Source: Nitrospirota bacterium (GTDB lineage Bacteria; Nitrospirota; Nitrospiria; Nitrospirales; Nitrospiraceae). Taken from it: 64,000 nucleotides of DNA. The position numbers and the translations under genes are program-made. Below are positions 53,052-63,214 of the stretch, in pieces (position 1 is the first letter of the stretch; each line of letters begins with the position of its first letter). The stretch covers positions 1 to 64,000 of the forward strand of contig CAVPBK010000003.1 in assembly GCA_963701855.1 (NCBI GenBank), read 5' to 3'. The notes under the pieces are model-generated. The model was not told the origin of the DNA and searched no databases. It saw only the letters and a program-made list of their open reading frames with translations.

Positions 53052-54779
53052 ATGGCACGGACTGTGACACGGCCAACATTGACGGATATTCTCGTGCGGC
53101 AGGGGACTCTGCCGCAACAGACTCTCGACCAAGTGCTCAGCCGACTGGGTGGCGTGATGGCAGCTCTCGGCCAGACCTTGGTGAGCGAGGGAATTCTCTC
53201 TGAGGAGCAGCTAGCGCGTGCGTTGGCAGCCCAGTTTGATTTGCCATTTGATGCTCTGACGGAGTTCCGGGTCGACCAGTCGTTCTATGACTCTATGTCG
53301 GTGAAACTTATGCAACGGCATCCATTTATACCGATTGTAGAGCAACAAGGCCGCCTGTCCATTGCCATCCCTGATCCGCAGAATCTCCTAGCATTGGATG
53401 AGCTGGAGCTGCTTTTGGGGCGTCCGTTGGACCTGGTGGTGAGCCCGCGAAGTGCGATTCTGGCGGCCTTGGAACACAGTGAAGGCTCCAGCCAGGCTCT
53501 TCGTGAACTCGAGGCTGAGTATCGATCCGTGTTGGTGAAGGAGGATGAGCGGGGAGAGGAAGTCCTCACGATCAATCAAGCGGGAGAGGATCAAAGTCCT
53601 GCCGTCAAACTCTTAGACTCGATACTCCTGAGCGCGATGCAGCGCCGGGCCAGCGATATTCACATTGAAGCTGCTGACCGTGCCACCAAGGTGAAATTGA
53701 GGGTTGATGGGATTCTGGTTCCGGCAATGGAGCCGCTCGATATCCGTCTCCATGCGCCGTTGGTCTCGCGGCTGAAAGTCATGTCGGATCTGGACATCGC
53801 CGAGCGGCGGGTTCCGCAAGATGGAAGCTTTCGGATGCGACTGGAACGAAAGACCGTCGATTTCCGTGTCTCAATCCTTCCAAGTGTGTTCGGTGAATCG
53901 GTCGTTATTCGTATTCTCGACCGCGAGGCCATCACCACAGGTGTGTCGACGTTGCGGTTGGAACGACTTGGATTCAATGAGGAAGATCTCAAGCGATTTC
54001 GGCGCGCGATCACGCGGCCCTACGGCATGGTGCTGGTGACCGGTCCGACCGGAAGTGGAAAGACAACGACGCTGTACGCGGCGATTACGGAGATGAATAT
54101 CAAGGAAGACAAGCTGATTACGATCGAAGATCCGGTCGAATATCAGCTGTCGGGCGTCGTCCAAATTCCCGTGAATGAGAAGAAAGGCTTAACCTTTGCG
54201 CGAGGGCTTCGATCCATCTTGCGGCATGATCCTGACAAGATCATGGTCGGAGAAATCCGCGATGCAGAGACCGCACAAATTGCCATCCAATCGTCGCTCA
54301 CCGGCCACCTGGTTTTGACGACGGTGCACGCCAACAACGTGTTCGATGTCATCGGACGATTTGCCTCAATGGGAATCGATGCCTACAACTTCTTGGCTGC
54401 GTTGAACTGTGTGCTGGCTCAGCGGCTTGTTCGAATGGTGTGTCTTGCCTGTCGTGCGGCGGTCAAGCTCGACAACGTGCTGGCGGAAGAGTCCGGTCTC
54501 GACTTCGAGGAATACAAGGATAGGACATTTTATGAAGGCAAGGGATGCCAGGAGTGTCATGGGACTGGGTATCGCGGGCGAAAATGCATCACGGAATTTC
54601 TGGATCTCAACGATGAAATCAAAGAAATGATTCTTGCCGAGCGTCCCCTGTCAGAGGTTCGCTATCGCGCGGTGACCAGCGGGATGATCACGTTGCGGCA
54701 GTCCGCGCTCAGAAAGGTGCTGGAAGGTTCCACCACTTTGCATGAGATCAATCGAGTGACGTTTAGCGAGGAAGGATAA
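53052..54779 (+). CDS. GspE/PilB secretion ATPase
   Basis: Walker A/B, Asp box, His box and tetracysteine motifs. Confidence 0.95.
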   Translation: MARTVTRPTLTDILVRQGTLPQQTLDQVLSRLGGVMAALGQTLVSEGILSEEQLARALAAQFDLPFDALTEFRVDQSFYDSMSVKLMQRHPFIPIVEQQGRLSIAIPDPQNLLALDELELLLGRPLDLVVSPRSAILAALEHSEGSSQALRELEAEYRSVLVKEDERGEEVLTINQAGEDQSPAVKLLDSILLSAMQRRASDIHIEAADRATKVKLRVDGILVPAMEPLDIRLHAPLVSRLKVMSDLDIAERRVPQDGSFRMRLERKTVDFRVSILPSVFGESVVIRILDREAITTGVSTLRLERLGFNEEDLKRFRRAITRPYGMVLVTGPTGSGKTTTLYAAITEMNIKEDKLITIEDPVEYQLSGVVQIPVNEKKGLTFARGLRSILRHDPDKIMVGEIRDAETAQIAIQSSLTGHLVLTTVHANNVFDVIGRFASMGIDAYNFLAALNCVLAQRLVRMVCLACRAAVKLDNVLAEESGLDFEEYKDRTFYEGKGCQECHGTGYRGRKCITEFLDLNDEIKEMILAERPLSEVRYRAVTSGMITLRQSALRKVLEGSTTLHEINRVTFSEEG

Positions 54780-54782
54780 GCG

Positions 54783-55784
54783 ATGTGGGGGTTGACCACT
54801 AGTCGTCCACGGCACTGTTTGAAAATTGGAGCGCAGAGCTTCACCTGGGGAGAAGCCGTTCGTACCTGGCGGGGGCGGTATCGCTATCGGTGTGCCGTCT
54901 CGCCGGCGCCGGCCGGGACTATCAAGCTGTCCCCTGTGGACCTGAATCTGACAGGCATGCCTGCGGTAGAAAGTTGCCTTCGGTCGCTGGCGGGCCCAAG
55001 TCGAGATATTCGGTTCGCAGGGGGTGTATGGCTGTCTGATATCCCATGCCCGATTGTATTGTTGTTGTCGGATCTGTCGGTGCGCGCGACTGTTTTGCAG
55101 ATGGAACAGCTCCCGGCACAGGTGGAGGAACAAGAAGCGCTGATTCGCTGGCGCCTGGGGCAGGAACAGCTGTTGCCCCTAACCGGGGCCAAGATTGTCT
55201 GGCAAGGGTTCCCCTCACATGGGGCAAGAGACGAGCGTTCCCATGTCATTCTTGCCGTGGCGATTCAAGAAGCCATCTTGAAGCAATACGAGTCCCTCTG
55301 TGAATCGGTCGGGTTGCTTCCGCAGGAAGTCGGTGTGACCAGCTTTCGTCTATTTAATCTCTGGCTGAAAGCGGCAGGTAGCCGGAAACGGTTGGGCCGT
55401 GATTTGCTCTGGATCAGTGTATCGGACGGCGGGTTGACTTGCTTCGTTCTGCAGGGAGGCCGATTGGTTTTTGTTCGGACCAAACGGTTAAACGCCGAAG
55501 GCCCACAGGATGAAAAAGATACTGATGGGGACCTGGTCGACAATATTGTCGAGGAATGTGCCGCATCCCTTCGTGCGTGCAGCGAGCAGCATCCCAGCCT
55601 GAACGTTACCGAGATTATTCTCGCAAGCGATAGTCCGTTCACGACGCTTGAACAGGCGCTGAACAGCGAACTCGGCCTCTCGACTGATCGGCTGGATTGG
55701 AAAGCAGTTGAACGGATGGGATGGACCCATAATGGTGGAAGCAGGTCATGGGCGACGCTCCCTGTCGTGGCGGGGGTGATGTAG
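54783..55784 (+). CDS. PilM-like assembly protein
   Basis: Position before the PilN/PilO-like genes; size and actin-like beta pattern. Confidence 0.7.
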   Translation: MWGLTTSRPRHCLKIGAQSFTWGEAVRTWRGRYRYRCAVSPAPAGTIKLSPVDLNLTGMPAVESCLRSLAGPSRDIRFAGGVWLSDIPCPIVLLLSDLSVRATVLQMEQLPAQVEEQEALIRWRLGQEQLLPLTGAKIVWQGFPSHGARDERSHVILAVAIQEAILKQYESLCESVGLLPQEVGVTSFRLFNLWLKAAGSRKRLGRDLLWISVSDGGLTCFVLQGGRLVFVRTKRLNAEGPQDEKDTDGDLVDNIVEECAASLRACSEQHPSLNVTEIILASDSPFTTLEQALNSELGLSTDRLDWKAVERMGWTHNGGSRSWATLPVVAGVM

Positions 55785-55787
55785 ACG

Positions 55788-56417
55788 ATGGCACCTGGAC
55801 GGACATTGCTTCGTGTGCTTGCCGACAGGGCGAACAGTTTTCTATCGACGCCTGGAGGGACGCGGTATTTCCACATCGAGCTGAGTAGCCGATACCGATG
55901 GTATGTTGCACCCACTCGCCTGGTGCTGGTTGCACTAAGCGGGATCATTGGGGTCTCAATCCTCTGGAGTGTGACTCAGACCGTGGTGACTATGCGTGAC
56001 CGGCACGACATACAAGCACGCCTCGATCATGTTCGCATGCAAGATCAGCAACTCCTTGCCGAAGCCCAACAGGAAGGCATTGATCTTTCCGGGCCTTCAT
56101 TGCAACAGCTACCGGGCGAAGTGAGTTTGGCGAACCAGTTGATGACGAAGCGGCACTTTTCCTGGACGCAGTTTTTGTCCGCTCTTGAATCGGCCATCCC
56201 TCGGTATGTGTCGATAAAGAGTATACGCCTGGATCCGGGCAGTGCGGTCGTGCACATGACAGGGTTGGCTGTGACGGTCGAAGATGTGACGGCATTGACG
56301 GTCACATTGCAAGATCATGCCGTCTTTCGCGATCCTGTGCTGGGCCAGTATCGGGTGGGGCCAAATGACTTGATTGAGTTTGACCTTACGCTGCGCTATC
56401 GGCAACCAGGCATGTAG
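55788..56417 (+). CDS. PilN-like assembly protein
   Basis: TM helix, coiled coil and SWTQFLSALESAIP motif. Confidence 0.78.
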   Translation: MAPGRTLLRVLADRANSFLSTPGGTRYFHIELSSRYRWYVAPTRLVLVALSGIIGVSILWSVTQTVVTMRDRHDIQARLDHVRMQDQQLLAEAQQEGIDLSGPSLQQLPGEVSLANQLMTKRHFSWTQFLSALESAIPRYVSIKSIRLDPGSAVVHMTGLAVTVEDVTALTVTLQDHAVFRDPVLGQYRVGPNDLIEFDLTLRYRQPGM

Positions 56418-56530
56418 CAGGATGCTGAAAAAGGCCACCAGCATAAGCAGGCCGTTGTTTGTTCTGTCTGGTTTGTCTTGTTTATTTGGTTGAACAAGCC
56501 CAACCAGATGAACCAGATCAACCAGTTTCG
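56418..56530. repeat. Family A half-repeat plus a family C tandem tract
   Basis: caggatgctgaaaaagg directly after the TAG stop, followed by aaccagatgaaccagat repeats. Confidence 0.6.
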
Positions 56531-56571
56531 CGTGTCAAAATAGTCGTATTGGGCAGATTTGATAGAACAAC

Positions 56572-57123
56572 ATGATGGATTTCATCCTCCAACAGTTGCG
56601 AAAACCCTATGGGGTCTTGATCCCATGGCTTGTGCTGCTGTTGCTGTTGGCCGGAGTCTTGTGGGTGGTCCGCACCGTTGGGGTTGATGGGGCCGAGCAG
56701 AGTCGGGCGAAATTGGAGTTGGAATGGAGTCAAGTTCGTCAAGAATTTACACACCATAAGGAGGCTCAGAAAGCGCGGAAGGATCTTGCTCAGGTGTGGT
56801 CGGTCTTGCCGGTTGAACGGGATTTTGCTCCCTTGGCACTGGGTATTACTGAGGAGGCGAAGCGGGATCGTGTGATCCTCCCCGCGCTTTCCTATAAGAC
56901 TGAGCCTGCAATGGTGGCCAATATAAGTAAGGGGGTGCTTCAAGGTACGATGACCGGTCGTTACGAGGATCTGCGACGGTTTCTCTATAACGTGGAGACG
57001 GCCGAGGAATTGGTCTATATCGAGGACTTAGAACTTGTGCGCTCTGACGCTCAGCAGGACCAGACGTTGACTTTTAATATTAAGATTGCCACGTACCTTC
57101 GAGGCGAGCCTGATAAACTGTAG
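56572..57123 (+). CDS. PilO/GspM-like assembly protein
   Basis: TM helix, coiled coil and GRYEDLRRFL motif. Confidence 0.8.
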   Translation: MMDFILQQLRKPYGVLIPWLVLLLLLAGVLWVVRTVGVDGAEQSRAKLELEWSQVRQEFTHHKEAQKARKDLAQVWSVLPVERDFAPLALGITEEAKRDRVILPALSYKTEPAMVANISKGVLQGTMTGRYEDLRRFLYNVETAEELVYIEDLELVRSDAQQDQTLTFNIKIATYLRGEPDKL

Positions 57124-57132
57124 CGCCGAGAT

Positions 57133-57717
57133 ATGATGACGACCAATCAAAAGAAAATGGCGGCATTGGCTGCGCTTGGCCTGCTCTGGGGTGGGATTGT
57201 TGCCAGCGAATGGCCGATCATGGAAGAGCCCGTGCATGTGCCGCTGACCAATGTGAGCGGTCCTGCTGCGACGCCTCGGGCAACCCGTGGAGTAGTCGAT
57301 GGGTTGCATGTTCAGCTCGATCTCCTCGCGACCGCGAGGACTCAACGGGAGATGACCTTTACCCTTCCGCGTAATATCTTTGCCCCACCCCACTCTGATG
57401 ACACGGAGGTTGCTCGTGCAAACAGGTCAGTGTCCGATCCTGGGTTAGAGCAGGCACAGCACCAACAGGTGGCCCTTGACGGTTTGGCACAATTCCACTA
57501 TCTCGGGTTTGTGCGCATGGAGGAGGGGTGGCGGAAGAAGGGCGAACTGGCTGTGCTCACGAAGAACGACGACGTCCATGTCGTCAGGACCGGAGAAGCG
57601 TTAGAAGACCACGTCGTCGTGAAAGCGATCACGCAGGAGAGCGTGACATTGCAAGACCGCCAGGCACGAGTAGAACACACTGTATTGCTGTCCGAAGAAG
57701 CTCCCGTACAGCCATAG
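57133..57717 (+). CDS. PilP/GspC-position assembly protein
   Basis: Operon position, N-terminal TM helix and HR-like C-terminus. Confidence 0.65.
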   Translation: MMTTNQKKMAALAALGLLWGGIVASEWPIMEEPVHVPLTNVSGPAATPRATRGVVDGLHVQLDLLATARTQREMTFTLPRNIFAPPHSDDTEVARANRSVSDPGLEQAQHQQVALDGLAQFHYLGFVRMEEGWRKKGELAVLTKNDDVHVVRTGEALEDHVVVKAITQESVTLQDRQARVEHTVLLSEEAPVQP

Positions 57718-57874
57718 CAAAAGGCTGAAAATGTCCGCCAGCCTGTCTTGTTCATTTGGTCTATCTCGTCTGTCTCGTTTATTTGGTTTCTCTGGGTCAA
57801 GCAACAAAACAAACCAGATAGACCAGATGAACCAGACAAACCAACATAGTTCTTTACAGTCTGCCAACAGCTCA

Positions 57875-58480
57875 ATGGTCATCAGCCGCCAGCAACGTGT
57901 CATCAATGAGCGAGGGGTGACCTACCTCATGCTTATGTTCGTGATCGTCCTCATCGGTATTGCCACGACTGCTGCGGCGAAACAATGGAAGGTTATCGTG
58001 CAACGGGAGCGTGAAGCGGACCTTTTGGCCAAAGGGATCGAGATCCAAAATGCCCTCGCATTGTATTCCGAGACGATCAAGGCAGGTCGCGTGATGCCTG
58101 GAGAGGTCTACCCCAAGACATTGGCTGAACTCACGAGATTACCCAAACCCTTCTTGCGCAAGGTCTATCTTGACCCAATGGGGTCTGATGAATGGGAATA
58201 TCTTCAGGCGCCGACAGGCGGCATCATGGGGGTCCGGAGCAAGAGCCGCGCAAGGCCATTTCGACAGAAAGATTTTCCTCTTATCGTCCGGCATTTCGAG
58301 GGACGCGCTACCTATCGTGATTGGGTCTTCCAACATCCAAATCCCTCATCGGGTACGATCTTGCCGCAAGGGACTGTGCCCAGTTCCGGGGTATCCCCGG
58401 TGCCGGGATCGACGATCACTCCTGGTGGAAGTGCTCCAGTTATCCAGCCAACTCAGGGGCAGCCGCCCCTGAATCCTTAA
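57875..58480 (+). CDS. Minor pseudopilin lacking Glu5 (GspK-like)
   Basis: ERG/VTYLMLMFVIV prepilin motif; FLRKVYLDPM; Pro-rich tail. Confidence 0.78.
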   Translation: MVISRQQRVINERGVTYLMLMFVIVLIGIATTAAAKQWKVIVQREREADLLAKGIEIQNALALYSETIKAGRVMPGEVYPKTLAELTRLPKPFLRKVYLDPMGSDEWEYLQAPTGGIMGVRSKSRARPFRQKDFPLIVRHFEGRATYRDWVFQHPNPSSGTILPQGTVPSSGVSPVPGSTITPGGSAPVIQPTQGQPPLNP

Positions 58481-58523
58481 TCCTAGACATCTTTCCCATC
58501 GATTCTGTTATATTTCGTAACTC

Positions 58524-58570
58524 TCAGGTAGATAGGCTGAAGGCTTTTAGTCTTCAGCCTGAACACCTGA
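58524..58570. repeat. Short family B palindrome
   Basis: Mirror of 10003-10049. Confidence 0.65.
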
Positions 58571-58628
58571 CTAGGCGCTATATTTCATGGCATTCCCGAT
58601 GAGAGGGGCGTAAAAGAAGAATCATCGT

Positions 58629-59633
58629 ATGCGTATTCTTATTACAGGTGGAGCCGGGTTTCTCGGGAGTCATCTCTCCGAGGTACTGCTGCAGGCCGGG
58701 CATTCAGTAATCTGCATGGACAACCTCCTCACCGGACGCGTTGAGAATATTGCCCATCTGCTCGGGCACGAGCAATTTTCCTTTGTCAAATACAATGTGT
58801 GCGACTATGTGCACGTCGATGGTCCACTGGATGCGGTCATGCATTTCGCATCACCCGCGAGCCCGCAAGACTACCTTGAATTTCCTATTGCCACGCTGAA
58901 GGTCGGTGCGTTAGGTACGCACAAAGTCCTTGGACTTGCCAAGGCCAAGGGCGCAAGGTTCCTTTTGGCCAGCACATCGGAGGTCTATGGAGATCCACTG
59001 GTGAACCCTCAGCCTGAATCTTACTGGGGCAACGTCAACCCTCTCAGCCCCCGTGGCGTATACGACGAGGCCAAGCGTTTTGCAGAAGCCCTCACGATGG
59101 CCTACCACCGTTACCATGCGGTCGATACCAGGATTGTGCGCATCTTCAACACATTCGGGCCACGCATGCGGCCAAATGACGGACGTGTCGTGTCGACGTT
59201 CATCGTCCAGGCGCTCCAGGGAAAACCGTTGAGTGTGTTTGGCGAGGGATCTCAAACCAGGAGTTTTTGCTACGTTGACGACCTAGTCAGCGGTATTACC
59301 GGATTGCTTCTGCTGGACTCGGACAAGAATGTCGAACAACGGACAGATCGCAAGTTCCTCGTCACGCAAAATAAAGATACCGATGGATACAGCATGCATG
59401 ACCCCGTGAATATTGGGAATCCGCGTGAGCTGACTGTCTTGGAGATCGCGAAATTGGTATTGGAACTCACTCATTCATCGAGCCAAATCACCCACCACCC
59501 GCTGCCAGCCGATGATCCAAAAGTCAGACGGCCCGACATCAGTCGGGCGCGTACTCTCCTGAAATGGGAACCTCAAGTACAGCTCGAAGATGCCCTTCTT
59601 CGCACAATCGAATACTTTAGAAAAGTCATCTAG
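58629..59633 (+). CDS. UDP-glucuronate decarboxylase
   Basis: Protein identical to 8940-9944. Confidence 0.92.
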   Translation: MRILITGGAGFLGSHLSEVLLQAGHSVICMDNLLTGRVENIAHLLGHEQFSFVKYNVCDYVHVDGPLDAVMHFASPASPQDYLEFPIATLKVGALGTHKVLGLAKAKGARFLLASTSEVYGDPLVNPQPESYWGNVNPLSPRGVYDEAKRFAEALTMAYHRYHAVDTRIVRIFNTFGPRMRPNDGRVVSTFIVQALQGKPLSVFGEGSQTRSFCYVDDLVSGITGLLLLDSDKNVEQRTDRKFLVTQNKDTDGYSMHDPVNIGNPRELTVLEIAKLVLELTHSSSQITHHPLPADDPKVRRPDISRARTLLKWEPQVQLEDALLRTIEYFRKVI

Positions 59634-59847
59634 CAGGATGCTGAAAAAGGCCGCCAGACGAAGAATATTGAGGCTCAGGCTAAGGTTGAGAGAACGAGAG
59701 TCTGATCTTCGCTCGCTGCGGCCTGAGCATCTTTGATATGGCTCTTCTTGTCCACCTTTTCTGGTGGTTCTCTCCTGCGAATAGCCGCCTTGACCGCGTT
59801 GAAACTCCCGCTGTATCCTGTTCAAACATCATGGGGTAAGAGTTTGT

Positions 59848-61182
59848 ATGCTATCTGACCGAAATAACCAGGCGGAAGCGTCAGTCGAGCCCATCGAATC
59901 GGTTGGCGTGGAAGTGGTTGCGCCCATACCGCTTCCAGAATATGTCGCTGAATTGGTCATGCGAGCCAAAGGGGCCGCAGGCCGACTGGCTACGCTTTCG
60001 AGCGCGATCAAGAACCGGGCCCTTCTCGCGATGGCGGAGGCGCTGGAAGCGCAGAAGGATGCGCTGTTGGTTGCGAACGAACTGGATCTGGAAGCCTTCG
60101 GGACTGCGCCGGAAAAGAAGGCGATGGCAGATCGGCTGCGTCTGACGGCCAAGAGGATCGTCGAAATGGCGGCAGGCCTGCGTGAGGTGGCTGCCCTCCC
60201 CGATCCACTTGGGGAGATGCCGAAGATGTGGACCAGGCCGAACGGGATGCAGGTGGGACGCGTGCGGGTTCCAATCGGTGTTATTGGCATTGTGTATGAA
60301 TCCCGCCCGAACGTTACGGCGGATTCCGCCGCGCTTTGTTTGAAATCCGGAAACGCCTGCGTACTGCGGGGAGGAAGCGAGGCGATCCATTCGAATACAG
60401 CGATTGCGACGGTTCTGTCGGAGGCGGCAGAGAAAGCCGGTGTCCCAGCCGGAGCGATCAGTTTTGTCGCCAGGCCAGATCGTGAGCTGGTTCCTCTACT
60501 GCTGAAGCAAGATCGTTACATCGACCTGATTATCCCGCGCGGCGGAGAATCGCTGATGCGCGTCGTCACCGAACATGCCACGATCCCCGTCGTCAGGCAC
60601 GATGCCGGCGTCTGTCACATCTATGTCGATGTCGATGCCGATCCAGTTATGGCGGAGCGAATCTGTTTCAATGCCAAGGTGCAGCGGCCGTCGACTTGTA
60701 ATGCGATGGAGACGCTCCTAGTGCATCAAGGCATTGCGCGTCATTGGCTTGCCCCATTCATTGAGAAATTGGCGGCGGCCGGGGTCGAGGTCCGCGGCTG
60801 CCAGAAAACCTGTCAGCTGTCATCCTCGGCCAAGCCCGCGAGCGACGAGGATTTCGGAAAAGAATTCCTCGATCTCACCGTAGCAGTGAAAGTAGTCAAG
60901 CACGTCGATGAGGCGATGGAGCATATTGCCAAGTATGGATCACGCCACACGGAAGCCATCGTGACCTCCGACTATCCGAAAGCCATGCGGTTTCTGCGGG
61001 AGGTCGATGCCGGCGCGGTATTGGTAAACGCCTCGACCAGGTTGAACGATGGCTATCAGTTCGGGCTTGGAGCAGAAATCGGGATCAGCACGTCCCGCAT
61101 CCATGCCCGCGGTCCGATGGGGCTGGAAGAATTGACCTGCTTCAAGTTTATCGTCATGGGGAGCGGGCAAGTCCGCGAGTAA
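59848..61182 (+). CDS. proA: Gamma-glutamyl phosphate reductase
   Basis: Protein identical to 7212-8546. Confidence 0.97.
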   Translation: MLSDRNNQAEASVEPIESVGVEVVAPIPLPEYVAELVMRAKGAAGRLATLSSAIKNRALLAMAEALEAQKDALLVANELDLEAFGTAPEKKAMADRLRLTAKRIVEMAAGLREVAALPDPLGEMPKMWTRPNGMQVGRVRVPIGVIGIVYESRPNVTADSAALCLKSGNACVLRGGSEAIHSNTAIATVLSEAAEKAGVPAGAISFVARPDRELVPLLLKQDRYIDLIIPRGGESLMRVVTEHATIPVVRHDAGVCHIYVDVDADPVMAERICFNAKVQRPSTCNAMETLLVHQGIARHWLAPFIEKLAAAGVEVRGCQKTCQLSSSAKPASDEDFGKEFLDLTVAVKVVKHVDEAMEHIAKYGSRHTEAIVTSDYPKAMRFLREVDAGAVLVNASTRLNDGYQFGLGAEIGISTSRIHARGPMGLEELTCFKFIVMGSGQVRE

Positions 61183-61183
61183 T

Positions 61184-61378
61184 CAGGCTGCTGAAACAGG
61201 CTCCCAACTTCGTTCTCAGTCGTTCGAACCCCTCAACGTACCGATGTAAGGATACTTGAGGCAAAGTGACTATCCGCCCGCATTTGATCGAAGCGAGCGG
61301 GTCAAGCGAAGCTTGGTATGTACCTCTTCGGGGTTCTCTCTCCTTGTGGCCTCGTTGGCCGGCTTGTTTGAGCAGCCC
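61184..61378. repeat. Family A-related palindromic repeat
   Basis: Mirror of 7016-7210. Confidence 0.65.
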
Positions 61379-61387
61379 GCAGCATAA

Positions 61388-63172
61388 TTGAGATCATTTC
61401 TTGTGAATCCCTCAGCGCTCGCCAACCCCGGTAACATTAGCTTCTCCGGAAATCATGTATTTGCTCGCGATCTTGCCGCAGCTGGCGGCCGTTGCGTCGA
61501 ACAGTCAACAGGGCATCTCGTCTTCTATCGCGCGGACGGTCGCCGGTTTCTTGCAACCGATCCAGCAGGAAACCCGTTGCACGAATGCGAGTGGGGGACT
61601 GATGCCACAGGCAATGTGGCCCTCCTCCGTGCGCGGATACGATTGGATTGGGGGCAATGGGTCGGGTTGAAGCCGGCTGGTTTGGTGAATGAAACCAGCC
61701 TCAATCTCGCCAGGAAACCTGGTTGGCAACGGCTCAAGGCCGACGATTTACGGATGATAGCGGCTCAGGCGCTTCGGGTTCCGCTCGAGGAAGTGCGATG
61801 GTTTTATCGGGATGAGGATCTCCTGATCGAGTCGGCCGGCAACGCGACAATCCGCCAGAGGAAAGACGCCTTCTATGTGCTGGAGGACGGGAACTTCGAG
61901 CGGGCCTGCTTCATGTCCTGCATGGGGGCGATGAATTGGTCTTCTATCGATTTCCTGCCGGTGGTCGAACTTTTTCAGTCGCTGTTACCGGGAACCGGGT
62001 CTGCGGTCTTTGAATTGATTCGCGGACTCTACGACGATCAGAATGAGGGAAAACCGACTCCGCAACCTTTGCGATACCGAGGTATTCCCACCTATCCATC
62101 CGAAGCCGCCTTCCGTTTGTTTAGTAGCTTCTTTACCCCGCAAGCGCCTGAGGGAAATGATCCCTTCACGGTCTTCATGAGTCCGGAACGGTCCAATCAA
62201 GTAATTTGGCTACCGATTGCAACGCCGCCGATTCGATACTTCGATCAACACTCGGAGGCTTGCCTGACCTTCCACGGTGGCTTGTTGCACAAGGTGACGG
62301 TGGCGTCAGACTCATCCGGGCTGTCCTATCTGAGCCAGAAAGGCCGTCGATTTGTCCCCTACGATCGCAGTGCAAAGATAGTCGGAGCGCATGTCATTCT
62401 GAAGGATCGTGATCGTGAGATGACGTTGGCTGTGACCCTGCCGCCAGGGAGCCTGGAACAGTCTGGTGAGTTGGTGGCCATGAGCCCAGTTGACTGGCGG
62501 TCGGTTTTTGTCCAGGGCGTTCCGGCGATCCTTCCTGCCGAGGCCTACGGAGCGACGTTGCTCTATCCGGAAGACGAATCTGAAATCGGTGAGTGTTCGG
62601 CGCAACCGTTCGTGGCCGATTATCTGGAGGATCTTGGCGAGCAGGACCGAGAAATCGGTGCGGTCCTTTCGCGGGCCCAGCGCGTGCTCATTGACAATGG
62701 CGATGCCGTGGTGGCGACCTGCATCACGTTCGATCGGCCGAGAGACTATACCGTGCTGGTACGGTGTCCAGCCGTTGCACAAAAACAGGCGCAACGACTC
62801 TGGAACATCTGTGCCGAGATTCAGCGGTGGGATTGGCTCTCGCGAATTCGATTCGTGCCGGACGAAGGGCTGTCCGATCAGGAAGCGCCGCACTCCTATG
62901 ACGTGGTCTATCACTGGGCGCCTTATGACAGCAGAGATCTACCGGCGAGCCTAGCCGAACGCATGAAGGGGATCAGCCTGATGCTTCGGGGAGGAGGCAC
63001 TGCGTTCGTCATCGGCCCAGCCCAGTTGGGTCAGTGTGGCACATCCCACGGACTCCGCATCTGCTGGGAAGAACCGGTCGAACAGCTTCCCACATTTCGA
63101 ATGCATCGCACCATTCTGCCGAAAGCGAAGCTGAGGGCAGGGCTGACACTATTTTATTTCAAAAGGATCTAA
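61388..63172 (+). CDS. Hypothetical protein, 594 aa
   Basis: Long ORF, open in both arms. Confidence 0.75.
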   Translation: MRSFLVNPSALANPGNISFSGNHVFARDLAAAGGRCVEQSTGHLVFYRADGRRFLATDPAGNPLHECEWGTDATGNVALLRARIRLDWGQWVGLKPAGLVNETSLNLARKPGWQRLKADDLRMIAAQALRVPLEEVRWFYRDEDLLIESAGNATIRQRKDAFYVLEDGNFERACFMSCMGAMNWSSIDFLPVVELFQSLLPGTGSAVFELIRGLYDDQNEGKPTPQPLRYRGIPTYPSEAAFRLFSSFFTPQAPEGNDPFTVFMSPERSNQVIWLPIATPPIRYFDQHSEACLTFHGGLLHKVTVASDSSGLSYLSQKGRRFVPYDRSAKIVGAHVILKDRDREMTLAVTLPPGSLEQSGELVAMSPVDWRSVFVQGVPAILPAEAYGATLLYPEDESEIGECSAQPFVADYLEDLGEQDREIGAVLSRAQRVLIDNGDAVVATCITFDRPRDYTVLVRCPAVAQKQAQRLWNICAEIQRWDWLSRIRFVPDEGLSDQEAPHSYDVVYHWAPYDSRDLPASLAERMKGISLMLRGGGTAFVIGPAQLGQCGTSHGLRICWEEPVEQLPTFRMHRTILPKAKLRAGLTLFYFKRI

Positions 63173-63214
63173 CGTGCTTGCACCGGGTATTCCAGATGAA
63201 CTACGGTTGGCGAG

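Noticed and set aside
57731..57874. N-terminal extension of the minor pseudopilin
   Set aside because: It is a translation of the family C repeat and differs in frame between arms; the prepilin motif fits a start at 57875.
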